Source: Camelus dromedarius (lineage: Eukaryota). From it: a stretch of DNA of 64,000 nucleotides. Below, in pieces: positions 14,550-26,131 of the stretch. The notes under the pieces were generated by a model. That model was given only the letters and a program-made list of their open reading frames with translations. It did not search any database and was not told the origin of the DNA. The translations under genes and the position numbers were made by a program. The stretch's first letter is position 1, and each line of letters begins with the position of its first letter. The DNA lies in NCBI RefSeq assembly GCF_036321535.1, contig NC_087437.1, positions 58,096,001-58,160,000 on the forward strand. The letters are read 5' to 3'.

Positions 14550-16800
14550 CCAGAACGTTACCACTGTCCGCGGCCACACGTTCAATTAGTATTACACCCC
14601 CCCACCCCGCCCCCGCCCCCGGGACTGTGAGGAGGAAGAAACCCTAGAGGTCAGGTACCCTGCGGGAGAACCAGCAACGGCAGAAAGCCGGCTGAAATTC
14701 AAGTAGGCAGCGGGAGGAAGGCAAAAGCTGTCTTCCCGTGCGGTCAAAGACCTTTTTTCAATCAAATTTTCCACTACCTGGAAATGTATTTGTAGAGCGC
14801 TCAGAGACACGGGTTAGGGCAGCGCTACATTGGAGCCCCGGTCCTGCAGAATGTGAACGGCCAGGCCACGTACTGCACGGCAGCCAGAGTTGCACTGTCG
14901 GAGCTGCAAGCTACCTGGGGGGTTCACAGCAGCCGACACTCACACAACACCTCAGTAGCAATAATCCTACCGACAGGATACCTGGGGAGGGGCTCGGTCT
15001 CCCAGGCCTGGCTCGATTATCTTCCTTCACATAACATTAAACAATCTCTTAAGGACCTGTAGGTGCAGGGCTGGGGGATGGGAGTGGCGGCATTATTCTA
15101 CACCCGGACGTCCCTGGGGTTCGAAACCCGAGACACCTCTCTAGGCCAGCACAGAGACAATACACAAAGAGGAGGGGGCTGGCGCTCCTTGGGGTTGGAG
15201 CTCCGAGCGTTCATTCTCGAGCAGGCAATTAGGAATTCCGAGCTCAGCAAGAACCCCGGAGAAGCACCGGAAATGCTTCCGACCGCTTTAATGGGAAATC
15301 TGTTTGCAAACCAAAGTTGCAGAACTCTGGGCGCCCAGCCTCCTTCAGCGGGTTACTAGGGAACACCCAACAAGTTTGGCCACCGGGGGCTCGGCGTGAC
15401 AGCGCCGCGCCGTAAGACTGGAGAGCAACTTGTCGCTCGGGCGCCAAGCCAGAGCCCCAGGCTATCTCGGCGCCCCGAGCTCTGGAGAGCACCCGAGACT
15501 CGGCGTTGGGAAGGGGCAGGTCGGTGCCTCTGGAGACAAATCCCTGAACTGAAAGGCGCCGCCGGTTCTCACCTGGACCGCGCGGCTTCCAGGGGTTTCC
15601 CCTCAGCAGCGAGACGTTTCACCACAAGACACCTCACCTGCCTACCAGCCCCCGGCCGGTGAGAAAATTAACAAAAGAGCCAGCGAATGGGGGCGGCAAA
15701 GGGACCCGGAGCAAAGTATAGTAAGGAGGGGAGGGAAGGCAGCTCAGGTTGCGGCAGAGAAAGAAGGGAAGAGGCGGGACAGAGATGGTTTATACCCCCC
15801 GGCACCTGGCTCCGGGAAGAAAACCAAGAAGAAAAGAGAGCCCGAGAAGGGGAAATGGGTTCTTTACTCCGCTTCCCATTACACGCACACACCTCCCTCT
15901 TTTCCTCCTTACCCAGCATGGAAAAGATGAAATCCTTGGCTGTGTGAATCTCCAGTGCTCTCTGGTCGTCGTATTCCCGCTGGTCGTGCTTCGTGAATTC
16001 TTGGATGAGTTTGTTCAATTCCTCCACCCGAGCTCCCGACCTGAAATCCAGCTCCGGGAACGCAGGCTTGTTGTTGCAGCCCAGGGAGGCTGCCTTGCTG
16101 GCGGTGGGAGCCGCCATCTTCATACAAAACGCGCCGAGTAGCAGCTCCGCGGCGGCAGCAGCACCCACCCCCGCCCCCCCGCCCGGCCCCCCTGGGCCTC
16201 CTCCCCTCGCGGGCTCGCTGGCGGTGACCCCCGCCCGTGGGCGGGCTTGCGGGCGGGCGTCTAGGCGGGCGGTCCCGGCTCGGTGCGCTCCGGGCGTCCG
16301 GGCTTCAGGAGGAGCTGGACTGCAGCGAGAGTGCGTGTGTGTGGCCCCGACACCCCTTCCTGCGGCCCCACGCCGGTCCCGATGCTGCAGGTCCCTGCCC
16401 TCCCCTGGCCCTCGCTGGCAACGGCGATAGCCCTGGTTGCGCTAACCCGAGCCTCCCCCGGGCGAGGAAAGTGAAGTGGAAACAATGTGAAATTCACCAG
16501 CTCTGAAATCAACAAGCTGCCGGCTCCGGTGTTACGGAGCCAGCACCAGCGTCCCCCATTTAAAGGGACAGCGCACCCAGTGGAAAGAAAAATAAATAAA
16601 TAAGAGGTCTGCGCGCCTATGCCACTTGGCAATCTGTACTCAGGCAAACGTGAGAGGTGTGGACGTATTCTTTCCCTACCTCCACTCCCTTTGGCGGCAG
16701 GACTTGCCAAGCGCGTTGAGGAAAGAGTCTTCCTCCGTCTGATTTTAAGGGCGGTGTCCTGAGCGAGGGCATCCCGATGGGAGCCTTTCCGTCTCAAGAA
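14550..16800. promoter_or_regulatory. CpG island / promoter, 5' UTR and first exon of MB21D2
   Basis: Visibly high GC and unusually frequent CpG (densest about 15060-16480) versus CpG-depleted flanks; several GC boxes (gggcgg/ccgccc); no interspersed repeats. TSS not determinable, probably about 16400-16600 on the minus strand. Confidence 0.88.
15913..16123 (-). CDS. MB21D2: MB21D2 (Mab-21 domain-containing 2, C3orf59), coding part of exon 1; partial CDS continuing in an exon outside the window
   Basis: Translation MKMAAPTASKAASLGCNNKPAFPELDFRSGARVEELNKLIQEFTKHDQREYDDQRALEIHTAKDFIFSML(G) matches the mammalian MB21D2 N-terminus as I recall it. ATG at 16123-16121; similarity ends exactly at a canonical donor CTGG|GTAAGG (GT at 15912-15911); 211 nt, phase 1; lies in a CpG island. 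Confidence 0.96.
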
Positions 16801-19800
16801 CTCCAGTGCCTTTAGATGGTGAAGTAAACAGCCTTAAGGAATGTAAAAACAATCTTCTGCTCTTTTTTTTCACAGATTGCCAAACACGATAGAAGTAAGC
16901 GTATCAAACACACACACACACAAAACTGAGTGCCCACCCCGTCCGCTACAGACACTCCCATTGGCCTCTAAAGTACCCCTACCTTTGCCCTAGGTAATTA
17001 ATTTTCCTGGATAACAGCTTGTTAAACTTAACATAATGACTTAATGAGGTCCAGCCTGCTCTCATATAAAGATAGGAAAACTAAAGTGTGGGTGTAGGGG
17101 AGGGGAAACAATGAATTGCCCCAGGTTCCAATGAACGTTGAATGACTAGGTGAAATTCTCTTACTCAGCAAATACAATTTGAGCAGAGTGCCAGAATCTG
17201 GGTGAACGGTGATAAACCAAATGATGTGATTCCTGAGTTGGAGTCATACTCACTTGAAAAGGCAGATTCCACCTAAATCATGGTCCTTTAGACAGAATAG
17301 GATCTCAGAGGAGTTTTTGGTGTTTACGAGGCTTTTGACTTAAAAACTTAGGAGGCCTATTGGTTCTTAGAAAAAAAAAGGTCATCTTCCTCTCTAATTC
17401 TCCGAAATCCAACTTGTCTCTACCCCGCAGTCCCTGATATAAGATTGGAGCTTTTTCTTACCTAGGTTCTAATGGCCAAGGATACAAACTCTTTTGTTAG
17501 CCCAGACACTGTCATGCCTTTCCCTATAAAATGGAGATGATAATTCCTGACTCATCCGTTGTTTTAAGGATTACATGAAATAAAGTGGGTCAAGCACTTA
17601 ATGCAATGTCTGACATAATAAGTACTTAATCAAATGTTAGCTGCTACTATTGTTGCTGTTATAAACTTAATTCTTTCCAATCTATTCTCCACATTGTTGC
17701 CATGGTGACTTTTACAAAACACAGATCTAGCCACTGACATCCTCCTGGATTGTTCCTCGTCCTTACTCCCTTCTCAACTTTACACCAAAGCCAATTCCAT
17801 ACATACCTTTTCCAGAAAGCCTTCCCTAAGACCCTCCCCCAAGCTGGTGGCAACATGTCCCTCCTTAGAACCTCCACTGAACCCTTTCAGAAACTTCCAC
17901 ATGACTCTGATGAGCTTTGACCTTATTTTATCACTGTTAATGCAAGTTTCAAACTATGAGTTTCCTTAGGATAAGGACTACATCTTACTCATCTTCAGAT
18001 TTCCCCCAGCATCTGTCCCTGCACCAAGGTCCTCAAAGTTTATTGAATCAAGTGACGAGGAAAGAACTTTGGCATAACCAATCAATTTCTTTTACTTTTG
18101 GTTTCCTTCTCTTGAAACAAGCTTTCTCACCCACTCAATATTAAAAACGGAGGATATACGTCCAGATGAAATCTGGCAGACTGACGGGGGCAGCTATTTA
18201 AAATCTCTGGTTTTGCAGGTCTGCTATGCTGCCCTGACTCCTCATCTGAGAGAGTATTACCATCAACTGGGCAGTAGTATAAGCTATGCAAGTGGTTGGA
18301 ACTTCAACACAAACCCAACCACTCCCATCTGTCAGTACTTCTGTCATGATCAATGGCAGGCATCTGTGACAGAGCTGGCTGAGGCACAGTCATTTTCTGA
18401 ATCAAAATGATCCTGATTTACCTGTGCAAGCAACAACCTCCAACCTAATACAGTTTGAAAGAATTCAGGCAAAAAAGTCAAGACACTTTTTCTTTGTTAA
18501 TTTCCAAAAGTGTGAATGAGGCAATGCTCCTCCCTTGTGATACGAACATTCATAGAGATAAAACAGGTAGTTAGCAGAAATTGTGTCTTACTGTGCCTCA
18601 GCCCTTGGTCTTGGATGTTTTGAATAACTGAGTCAACAAATGGTCTCTCTGTTTTTCTACATTTTCTGTTCACTTTCCATCAGCCAGATCAGAATTCTCT
18701 GAATCATTGACTTTTAATGAGCTTATATATTTAGAGAATGTCCTGAATAGTGAACTAAATACCTTTTAGATGCTCTTAGAGGACTCTGATAAGATGATGT
18801 AAATATCCCTTGTCCAACTGGCAAAATAGAGAAAGAGGATCAGACCATAATTTCTTGAATTAGTCTCTTGGGAGACTTTTTAACCTCATAGTAGACTATG
18901 AGGTCCTCAAGGACAAGTGCTATGTCCCTTCACCTTCATAAACACTGCATTTAATACATTTCCTGGCTCATCTTATGACCTCAATTAATATGTTTGAATG
19001 AATAAATGAACAAATTAATACCATCTCTCAAAATCCAGGAAGCCAGCATTTAAGTGACTTTTTTTTTGCTACAATGAAATATCTCAACATAAGCTATCTA
19101 CGGTTTCCCAACAATCACTTAAGTTGTTATAAATGTAGATATTTCTGCTTAAGTTTAGTTAAGTGCTTCTATCTTTGTGCCTTTTTTTCCCTGTGTATGT
19201 TACACAGCCAAAAAGAAGGAAGGGATATGGAGAGGCAAATGAAGAGAAAGAGAAAGAGAATAATTATTAGAGGATATCACAGGAGTCTCTCAGTCTTGCA
19301 ATAAAAGTGTGCATGTCTAGAGTTTTGACAAATGATTCAGGAGAGGTCAATGGAGTCTACCATCTAAATGAGCACTAAAGTCAGTTGTTCCTTTACTTCC
19401 TCCTGCAGCATCAAACAGACCAAAGAAACTTGCTGCCTTTCCAAACTACTGTCCCCCTTACAGGCAGAACTTGCCCCTTCCCTTTCCCACTCCCAAAAGG
19501 TATTAGCTTGTGAAAGAAGCCCTCTGCTTGCTTCCCTGGTGCTGTTTGTTTTTAAATACAGCTCTGAAGTTCTGTGGCAAACTCTCAGCCATGAAAACTG
19601 GGCTGTGCAGCACGTGTATTAAAAATAGCAAGCTCCACATCCACAGGACGGATTAACAAACTATAATTTTAAACAAAGATTCTCTGGTCTGACAGGGATG
19701 AAAGAGCAGCCCAGGCTACAGGATCTGGTCTTTGGGGGCAGCTGGATTTTCAATAAAAGTCTAACACATGGAAGTAGCCCAAGCTTCTTATGATTTGAAA

Positions 19801-20863
19801 ATGGAGGCAGAAAAAAAGAGAGGCAAACACCATAGGCATGGGGAATGTTGATGGTGGATGGGACTTGGGGGATAAATTCCATTCGCAGATGGGGAACTGG
19901 GACACAGAAAAGGCAAGGAGGCTTGCCTAAATAGTAGAGACAGTGCTGTTTCTATTTCTCATACTAACTTCAAAATTTAGTAAATATTTATTCTGTTTTC
20001 AGACCACCAGAGGGGGTGTGGGAAATGCCATGAAATTGGACCAGCATCGTAATAAAACCAAAAGAGGAGAGTGGCCCTTGGGCAAAATGGACTCATTGAT
20101 CTCGAAAGTATAAATCTCGATAAACCAGGGATTTCTGACATTTGGAATTACTTAGCTACAGCTTTTGCCTCTCGCTAGTAGGTGGACCACCATGACTAGA
20201 GCTGAGTCTCCTGGGCAGCTCACAGGGTGTTCAGGTGCACATGATCCTGTTTGGGGCAAACCGGCAATTTTATCTCTGGTGAGAGTAGACAGGTGAACGG
20301 TTAGTGAGGTCTCCAGGGAAGGGTGGATAAGTCATGGCTCAGTCTGTTCAGTTCTAACAAGGTGACCCCAGAGGGGAGCCCACCCCCTCTGACACTCACA
20401 AGGTTCACAGGGCCTTGTTTTATCCTCTCCTTCCACCTTGTGCCCTAATAGCCCTGCGGCCTGGTTGGTCCAGCTCCGGAGAGACACAGCAATATAAATC
20501 TCTGCACCCAAATCTGTCCTAGTATTCTCTGCTCCTGCCTGCTCAGGGGAGCCAAATCTGTACCTGCGGGAAGAAGAAAATGGACCCTAAGATGGGAGAC
20601 AACAGTATCTGATAACAATTATGAACAATTGTCTTCCTTACAATGACAGAGCACTTTACAGTTCAACAAAGCACATCACTTAAATCTGTTTATCAGATCC
20701 TCAAAACCTCTCGCCGAATAAAGCAGGTTGGATTGCTATTATTATTCCAATTTTAGAGATAAGGAAGTGAGAGATGGTGATGTTTGTGAAGTCACCAGCT
20801 AGTAATTGTCATCCATCAGCTCTCTATTTAGTTATGATCTCCTGCAAAGAGCTTTTCCTGAAC

Positions 20864-20868
<5 letters not shown>

Positions 20869-20921
<53 letters not shown>
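20869..20921. repeat. (AC)26 microsatellite
   Basis: Perfect dinucleotide run read directly. Confidence 0.98.
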
Positions 20922-20922
<1 letters not shown>

Positions 20923-22931
20923 GTCCTGAAGGCTCCTTACAGACTCTTTGCCTTTGGACTTGATCACCATGCTTACACTTCGTTGTAGCTGCCTTTTTCA
21001 CTTGTTCGCCTCCCTCACACAAATGTATTCTCCGTGTGGGCAAAGACTGTGATCTCTTGATCGCAGATGTGTCTGGCATATAGTCAGTGTTCAATCTAAG
21101 TCTGATAAATGAAGGAGTAAATGAATGAACCAGGTGGCTGGCTCAGGCCCCAAACTCAAGTCTTTGATTTACGACCCAGGTTCTTCCCATCAAACCTCAC
21201 TGACTCTGCTGTCAGCAACCATTGGGAATCCAGAAAAACACCACTAGTCTCTCGCGTTTTCCAGAGCTATACACTCTACCTAGCATTTCACCTACCCAGT
21301 CTGCTCCTAGAGCTCGAATCATGTTCCAAACCACGAATCATGGCAAATAAAACCTTTTCTTTCTCCTCTATTGTAAAATCAGAGCTCAGGCCCTTTGTTG
21401 AATAAACTTGATGACAAAATAACTTACAAAAAATTAAGTCTCAATATTCAATACATCATCATTTGGGGAAACCGCCAGTCTACTTGACCTCTATACCTCA
21501 GGCCAGAAAAAGCAAATGGATTAATTGCCCTAGAAATCCTCTTTCTTTGCAAATGTCTTAACCTCATTCACTGCTGTGGGGAAACTCTTACCAATCCCTT
21601 GGCACTGCACCATCCGTCCCCTTCTAGCTCTTAAACTTGCCAAGAGGCCAAGCTCTAGGTCCTCTACACCAATCCACATTCTGTCTTGTATGTACCTTGG
21701 GTCCCATCCTGAGGGGACCCACAGTACCTTCTCAGTGAAGACTGGAGGTGTTCAGTTTGGTTTGCTGTGAGCAGTTAAATGAAGAGCCTTACAAGGGAAA
21801 TGAATTTATCTATTTTTCTGGGTGGCAATAGAGGATGGGACTAGAAGAGACGGGTGGCAGTTGCAGAAATTCGGGCTTCAGCCCAGGATACAGAAGCATT
21901 CTCTATCAATGCGAGCCACTCTGCACGGAATATGCTGCCTTAATAAACTCCCCATCTCGGGTGGTGTTCAGAGCGCCGTTATCCATCTGTCAGGGTTATG
22001 CCAGAGGAGGTTCCGGAGTTGGTAAAGAGCTTAGACTTTGACCCCTGAGGTGCCTTTCAGCTCTGAGAAGCTATGACTCTGTGATTCTTTTTCAGATAAA
22101 ATAATAACTGAGAACGTTTCCTTTAAAGATCCACTTCAAGACAGAACTATGTTCTGCACTCTAAACACAAGGTGTTTTATATCCATTTTCACATAAGTTC
22201 TCAAGATCAAGGATTGTGTCTTTTTCTTTTTCTAGTCTTAAAATATCTCTGTATTTCGTTGTTTCTGGCTTTCCTACTGTCTGATCTAACAGGCAATTTT
22301 ATTCCACCCCATACAAAGAAATTCTGTAGTACAGACAAATGCCACACACATCATACAACCATATTCCACACACCCCAAATCACATTCAGAGAAGCTCTCA
22401 GGAAAAAGAAAAGAGAGATACTTCCCAAACACTTTTATTTACACGCTCCTTTTAGAATGCTAGAAGCTGGCTCTCTGAGCAGATCTATAAAATTGAGCAG
22501 GGAATGGTAGTGATGCCTGCTTTGTTTACTAAAGCTTGTCAAAAAATGATTCTCTAGGTCCTGCACTGTAACGAGTTTATCTGAAAAACTTAGCTTCCCC
22601 TGCACCCCCAACTATGCCCAGCACCGTACATGAATAGAAGGAGCTGTTTCCCCTGATCTGAGACCCGATGTCTTGAGTTGTGGTCCAAAGCTCATTTTAA
22701 ATTCCAAGTTGCAAAACCTGGAGAGAGGACATTTGAGGGAAATGCTGACATTTCTTCAGCTCTGACAACATTATCACACACAACCATAAATATACTTCCT
22801 GGACCATGTCTTCTGATTCTGCTTTCCCTGTTAGTAGTTTTAAGAAGAAAAAACAAAAACAAAAACAAAAACCCAAAACCCCAACCTCTTAAATAATTCC
22901 CCAGCACTTCTGTATAGTCTAGTGGAAAACC

Positions 22932-22999
22932 AAAGAAAAAAGAAAAAGGAAGAAAAGAAATATAAAAAAGAAAGGAGAAAAGAAAGAAAAGAAAAAATA
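22932..22999. repeat. A/G-rich low-complexity tract
   Basis: Nearly pure purine (GAAAA-like) run. Confidence 0.85.
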
Positions 23000-24629
23000 C
23001 CGCAGCCCCCTTACTCTATTTAATTTTTGATGATTCGTATCTATTTAAGCTACCCTGGGGATATAAGTATGTGCATTTTATTGTGATTTGCCTCAGAATT
23101 TTTTTAGGGGGAGGTGGAGGCATATAGATATGCATTATGAATAAATAAATTCAGATAAAAGTAAAGGGCTGGCAGTCAGGAGACTGATTTAAATCTGGGT
23201 TTTGCCGTTGGTTAATTCCACGGTCAGAGGAACCTTCTCTCTTCTGAAACTCCTTTTCCTCAGTGTAAATGGATAGAATAAGGTGTCTGTCATCCAAGTG
23301 TGGCATTCTGAGACTGCAACTCTGACATGAAAAGATGAACAAAGCAATCTTGTGCTCAGTCCAATTTCTAACACATTTTGTGTATTTATTTTCCCCTAGT
23401 CTTGCCCTGTATAGCTTGACACTCCATAGTTGGATGTCCTAAGAATTTGTTTTTAGGGTCTTAGCTCTAAAAGAATTAGCCTGAAATCAAGAGAGGAGAA
23501 CCTGTAAGTGCATTAAGACCCCCTTCTTGGCATACCTTGGCTAACAGCCTCTTCTCGGCTGGTGGGGGATGCCACAAAGCCTGATACGGCCCCTGCTTGG
23601 CCCTGGGGCATGGATCTATGGCCTCTGGGCTCAGCAAGTATGTTCAGACCCCAGAAATCCTCCCCACAGGATGAGAGGGAACAAAGGTACCCAAAGAAAA
23701 TACCCCGGGAAGCATTTACAAGAGGTTACAAAACAGTTATAAAATAATTTTCTGGCCCTAAAATTAGAAGCCAAGGTCTGATGTTCTGAAGCCCAGGTGC
23801 AGGGTGAATCTATATATGGGCCTTTACAACTAGCTTATAAAGCACTTGAAGACAAGGAATTGTTGTTTTGGTAAAAAGCCTTAAGGAGTCTTTTTATTTC
23901 TTTACAACCAAGATGTAAAAGAAGTCTGGTCCCAGAAATCTAAGCTGAAGTTTTCTTTTGAGTACTTTGGAAAAGAGCAAATTTATAAATCTCGAGTAGT
24001 AAGTGATGATAACATGAGTCATGAAAGAAATAACAATCCTCACACAATAAATAATATTGAAATGTGTATGATGACAAAAATAGATGCAAAATGAAGGCTA
24101 TTATAGCCATACATACACATCACAGATATTAAAGAAGGGCAAGAGGGAGTTCAGAATTTTACCAGATCAAAATCTTAGTTGTTCACATGAGAAAGATGAG
24201 GTACAAAGAAGGGAAGTGACTCGCCTATGGGAAAACATAGAATGACAGGACTGGGATCTTTCCTGCCACACATGTCAGCGCAAGGGACAAAGTATGCGAT
24301 GGCAAGTTCCATCCTACTGCATAACCAAAAATGGTATTTTCCATAAGGCTGTCTTTTTTATTCCTTCATTTCAGCAATTATTTCTTGAATGTGTCTTATG
24401 GGTCAGGCACTGTCCTAGGCACTGGGGATACAGCAGTGAACAAAGGCAAGGCCATCTGTGTCCCCTTGGAGCTTACATTTCATGTAAGTCACTTAATTTT
24501 TCCCCCAGGTTGAGAAGAAAATTTCAATTGGAGAAGAATTGTCTTTATGGATATAGATGACATTTATTTGGTAAGTCACTTATTAAAATGATAAACTGGA
24601 TATATTGTGCTACAATTAACCTCTCCAGC

Positions 24630-25044
24630 TATATCAGTCGGGGTTCTCTAGAGAAACAGAACCTATAGCGTATATATACAAGAAGAGATTTATTTCAAGG
24701 AATTGACTTATGCGATTGTGAGGGCTGACAAACCCAAACAACCTGAAAAGTGGGCAAGTCCTAAATTTATAGGGAAGGCTGGCAGACTGAAAATTCAAGC
24801 AGGAGTTGATGCTGCAGTCTTGAGGCAGGATTTCTTCTAGAAAACTCTGTTTTTCTTCTTAAGACCCTTCAACTAATTTGATAAGGCCCATCCACATTAT
24901 TGAGGATACTCTCCTTAAAGTCAACTGATTATAAATATTAACCACTTCTACAAAATATTTTCTCAGCAATAGCTTGATTAGTGGTTGATGAAATAACTAG
25001 CGACAATGGCCTAGTCAACTTGACGCATGACACTGACCATCACA
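24630..25044 (-). mobile_element. ERVL solo LTR, MLT2 family (MLT2C/D-like)
   Basis: tcagtcggggttctctagagaaacagaacc...aaggaattgacttatgcgattgtg...aaagtcaactgatt...ccatcaca termini typical of MLT2 in reverse orientation. Confidence 0.82.
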
Positions 25045-25988
25045 AATCTACCCAGCAAACATTTATTAAGTGCTTACCACATGCCAAGTTCTGCAATAAA
25101 TCATCCACAGGCCCTGCCCGATGAAGGAAGGGCATAAGCCATTTACTTAAATAAATATGTAAAAAGATGAAGCCCTATAAATCCATAAGAGAGGTAAAGA
25201 ACGAGTGCTATCTTTGAGGGTTTGGAGAAAGAAACAGTTATTTCCAGGTAAAGAAATCAGGAAAAGCTGAAAACACAAAAGACTGTTGACCTTGTCCTTA
25301 GAGAATGAGCAGAATTAGGACAAGGGAAACAGGAGGGTGACTTCCTCGTGGAAGACATGGCATAAGCAAAAGTGTGGAGTCAGGGAAATGTGTGATGTAT
25401 ATAGAAACATTGAGTGGCTCAGTTGGGCTGGAAATATAGAGCACTCATCAAAACCTCTTTTATTTAGCTAGCGATTACTCAGTGCTTGTTCAAGTACTCA
25501 TTCCAAAGACATTAAAACATTTGCCGATGAAACAGAGAGATCAAGAGACTCCTCTGAAGTCACACAGAAAACTTTGCCATACAAGTCAAAGCCTTTTGCT
25601 TTCAGAAGCTACTGTTGACTTCAAAAATCAATTTTGCCATCCCTGAGAAAGGAGACTATGCTTTATCTTTGTTATTTCAATTTAACTATCTTTGAAAAGT
25701 CATGTTATTTTTTGATAAATGGAAGAAAATTATTAGGCCCTAGTTTTTAATGAACATATAGATATCAATGTCCCCAAACAAGATGCTGGGGGATTTATAT
25801 ATCATAAAATTGAAACCTTATTGCTTCCCTACCACTCATTCGAGGGTATTTCTTGGTTTTGTACAATAATTAAGTTGCTATGGTCAGGGGGATGGTATGT
25901 AGAAAGAAAGTACATATATAAGCCGCAGCCTTCACAAGAAAGTCGAATTCCTCTGGGACTCCTTTATTTCACAGTTGTGTGCTTTATA

Positions 25989-26131
25989 ATTTTTTTTTTG
26001 TTTGTTTGCAGGGGGGAGGTAATTAGGTTTATTTATTTTTTTACTTTTTCAGTGGAGGTACTGGGGATTGAACCCAGGACCTAGTGCAAGCTAAGCAGGC
26101 TCTCTACCATTTGAGCTATACCCTCCCCCGC
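25989..26131 (-). mobile_element. Camelid tRNA-derived SINE (Vic-1-like)
   Basis: Reverse complement has A-box (tagctcaaatgg) and B-box (gggttcaatccc), 'cctaattacctcccc' segment and A-rich tail; perfect 16-bp TSD agttgtgtgctttata at 25973-25988 and 26135-26150. Confidence 0.9.

Larger units (their letters stand above)
1..15912 (-). other. MB21D2: MB21D2 intron 1 (5' part; acceptor lies beyond the window start)
   Basis: Starts at the GTAAGG donor. No ORF resembling the remainder of MB21D2 (MVQKLDQKLP...) in 1-15912; repeat-rich non-coding composition. Confidence 0.9.

Noticed and set aside
15668..15912. ORF continuation past the donor (GKEEKREVCAC...IRWLFC) as part of the protein
   Set aside because: Similarity to MB21D2 stops at a canonical GTAAGG donor; the remainder is low-complexity intronic read-through.
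15909..16127. 72-aa overlapping alternative-frame ORF (MYEDGG...)
   Set aside because: Starts at TTG, not ATG; no recognisable homology; expected shadow of a GC-rich coding exon.
16556..16566. CArG box / TATA box (ccatttaaagg)
   Set aside because: Seven rather than six A/T between CC and GG, and TTTAAA is a weak TATA; cannot be supported without TSS data.
15063..16797. Cluster of 80-180 aa ORFs on both strands around exon 1
   Set aside because: Pro/Arg/Gly/Ala-rich products typical of stop-poor CpG islands; many begin at GTG/TTG; no domains recognised.
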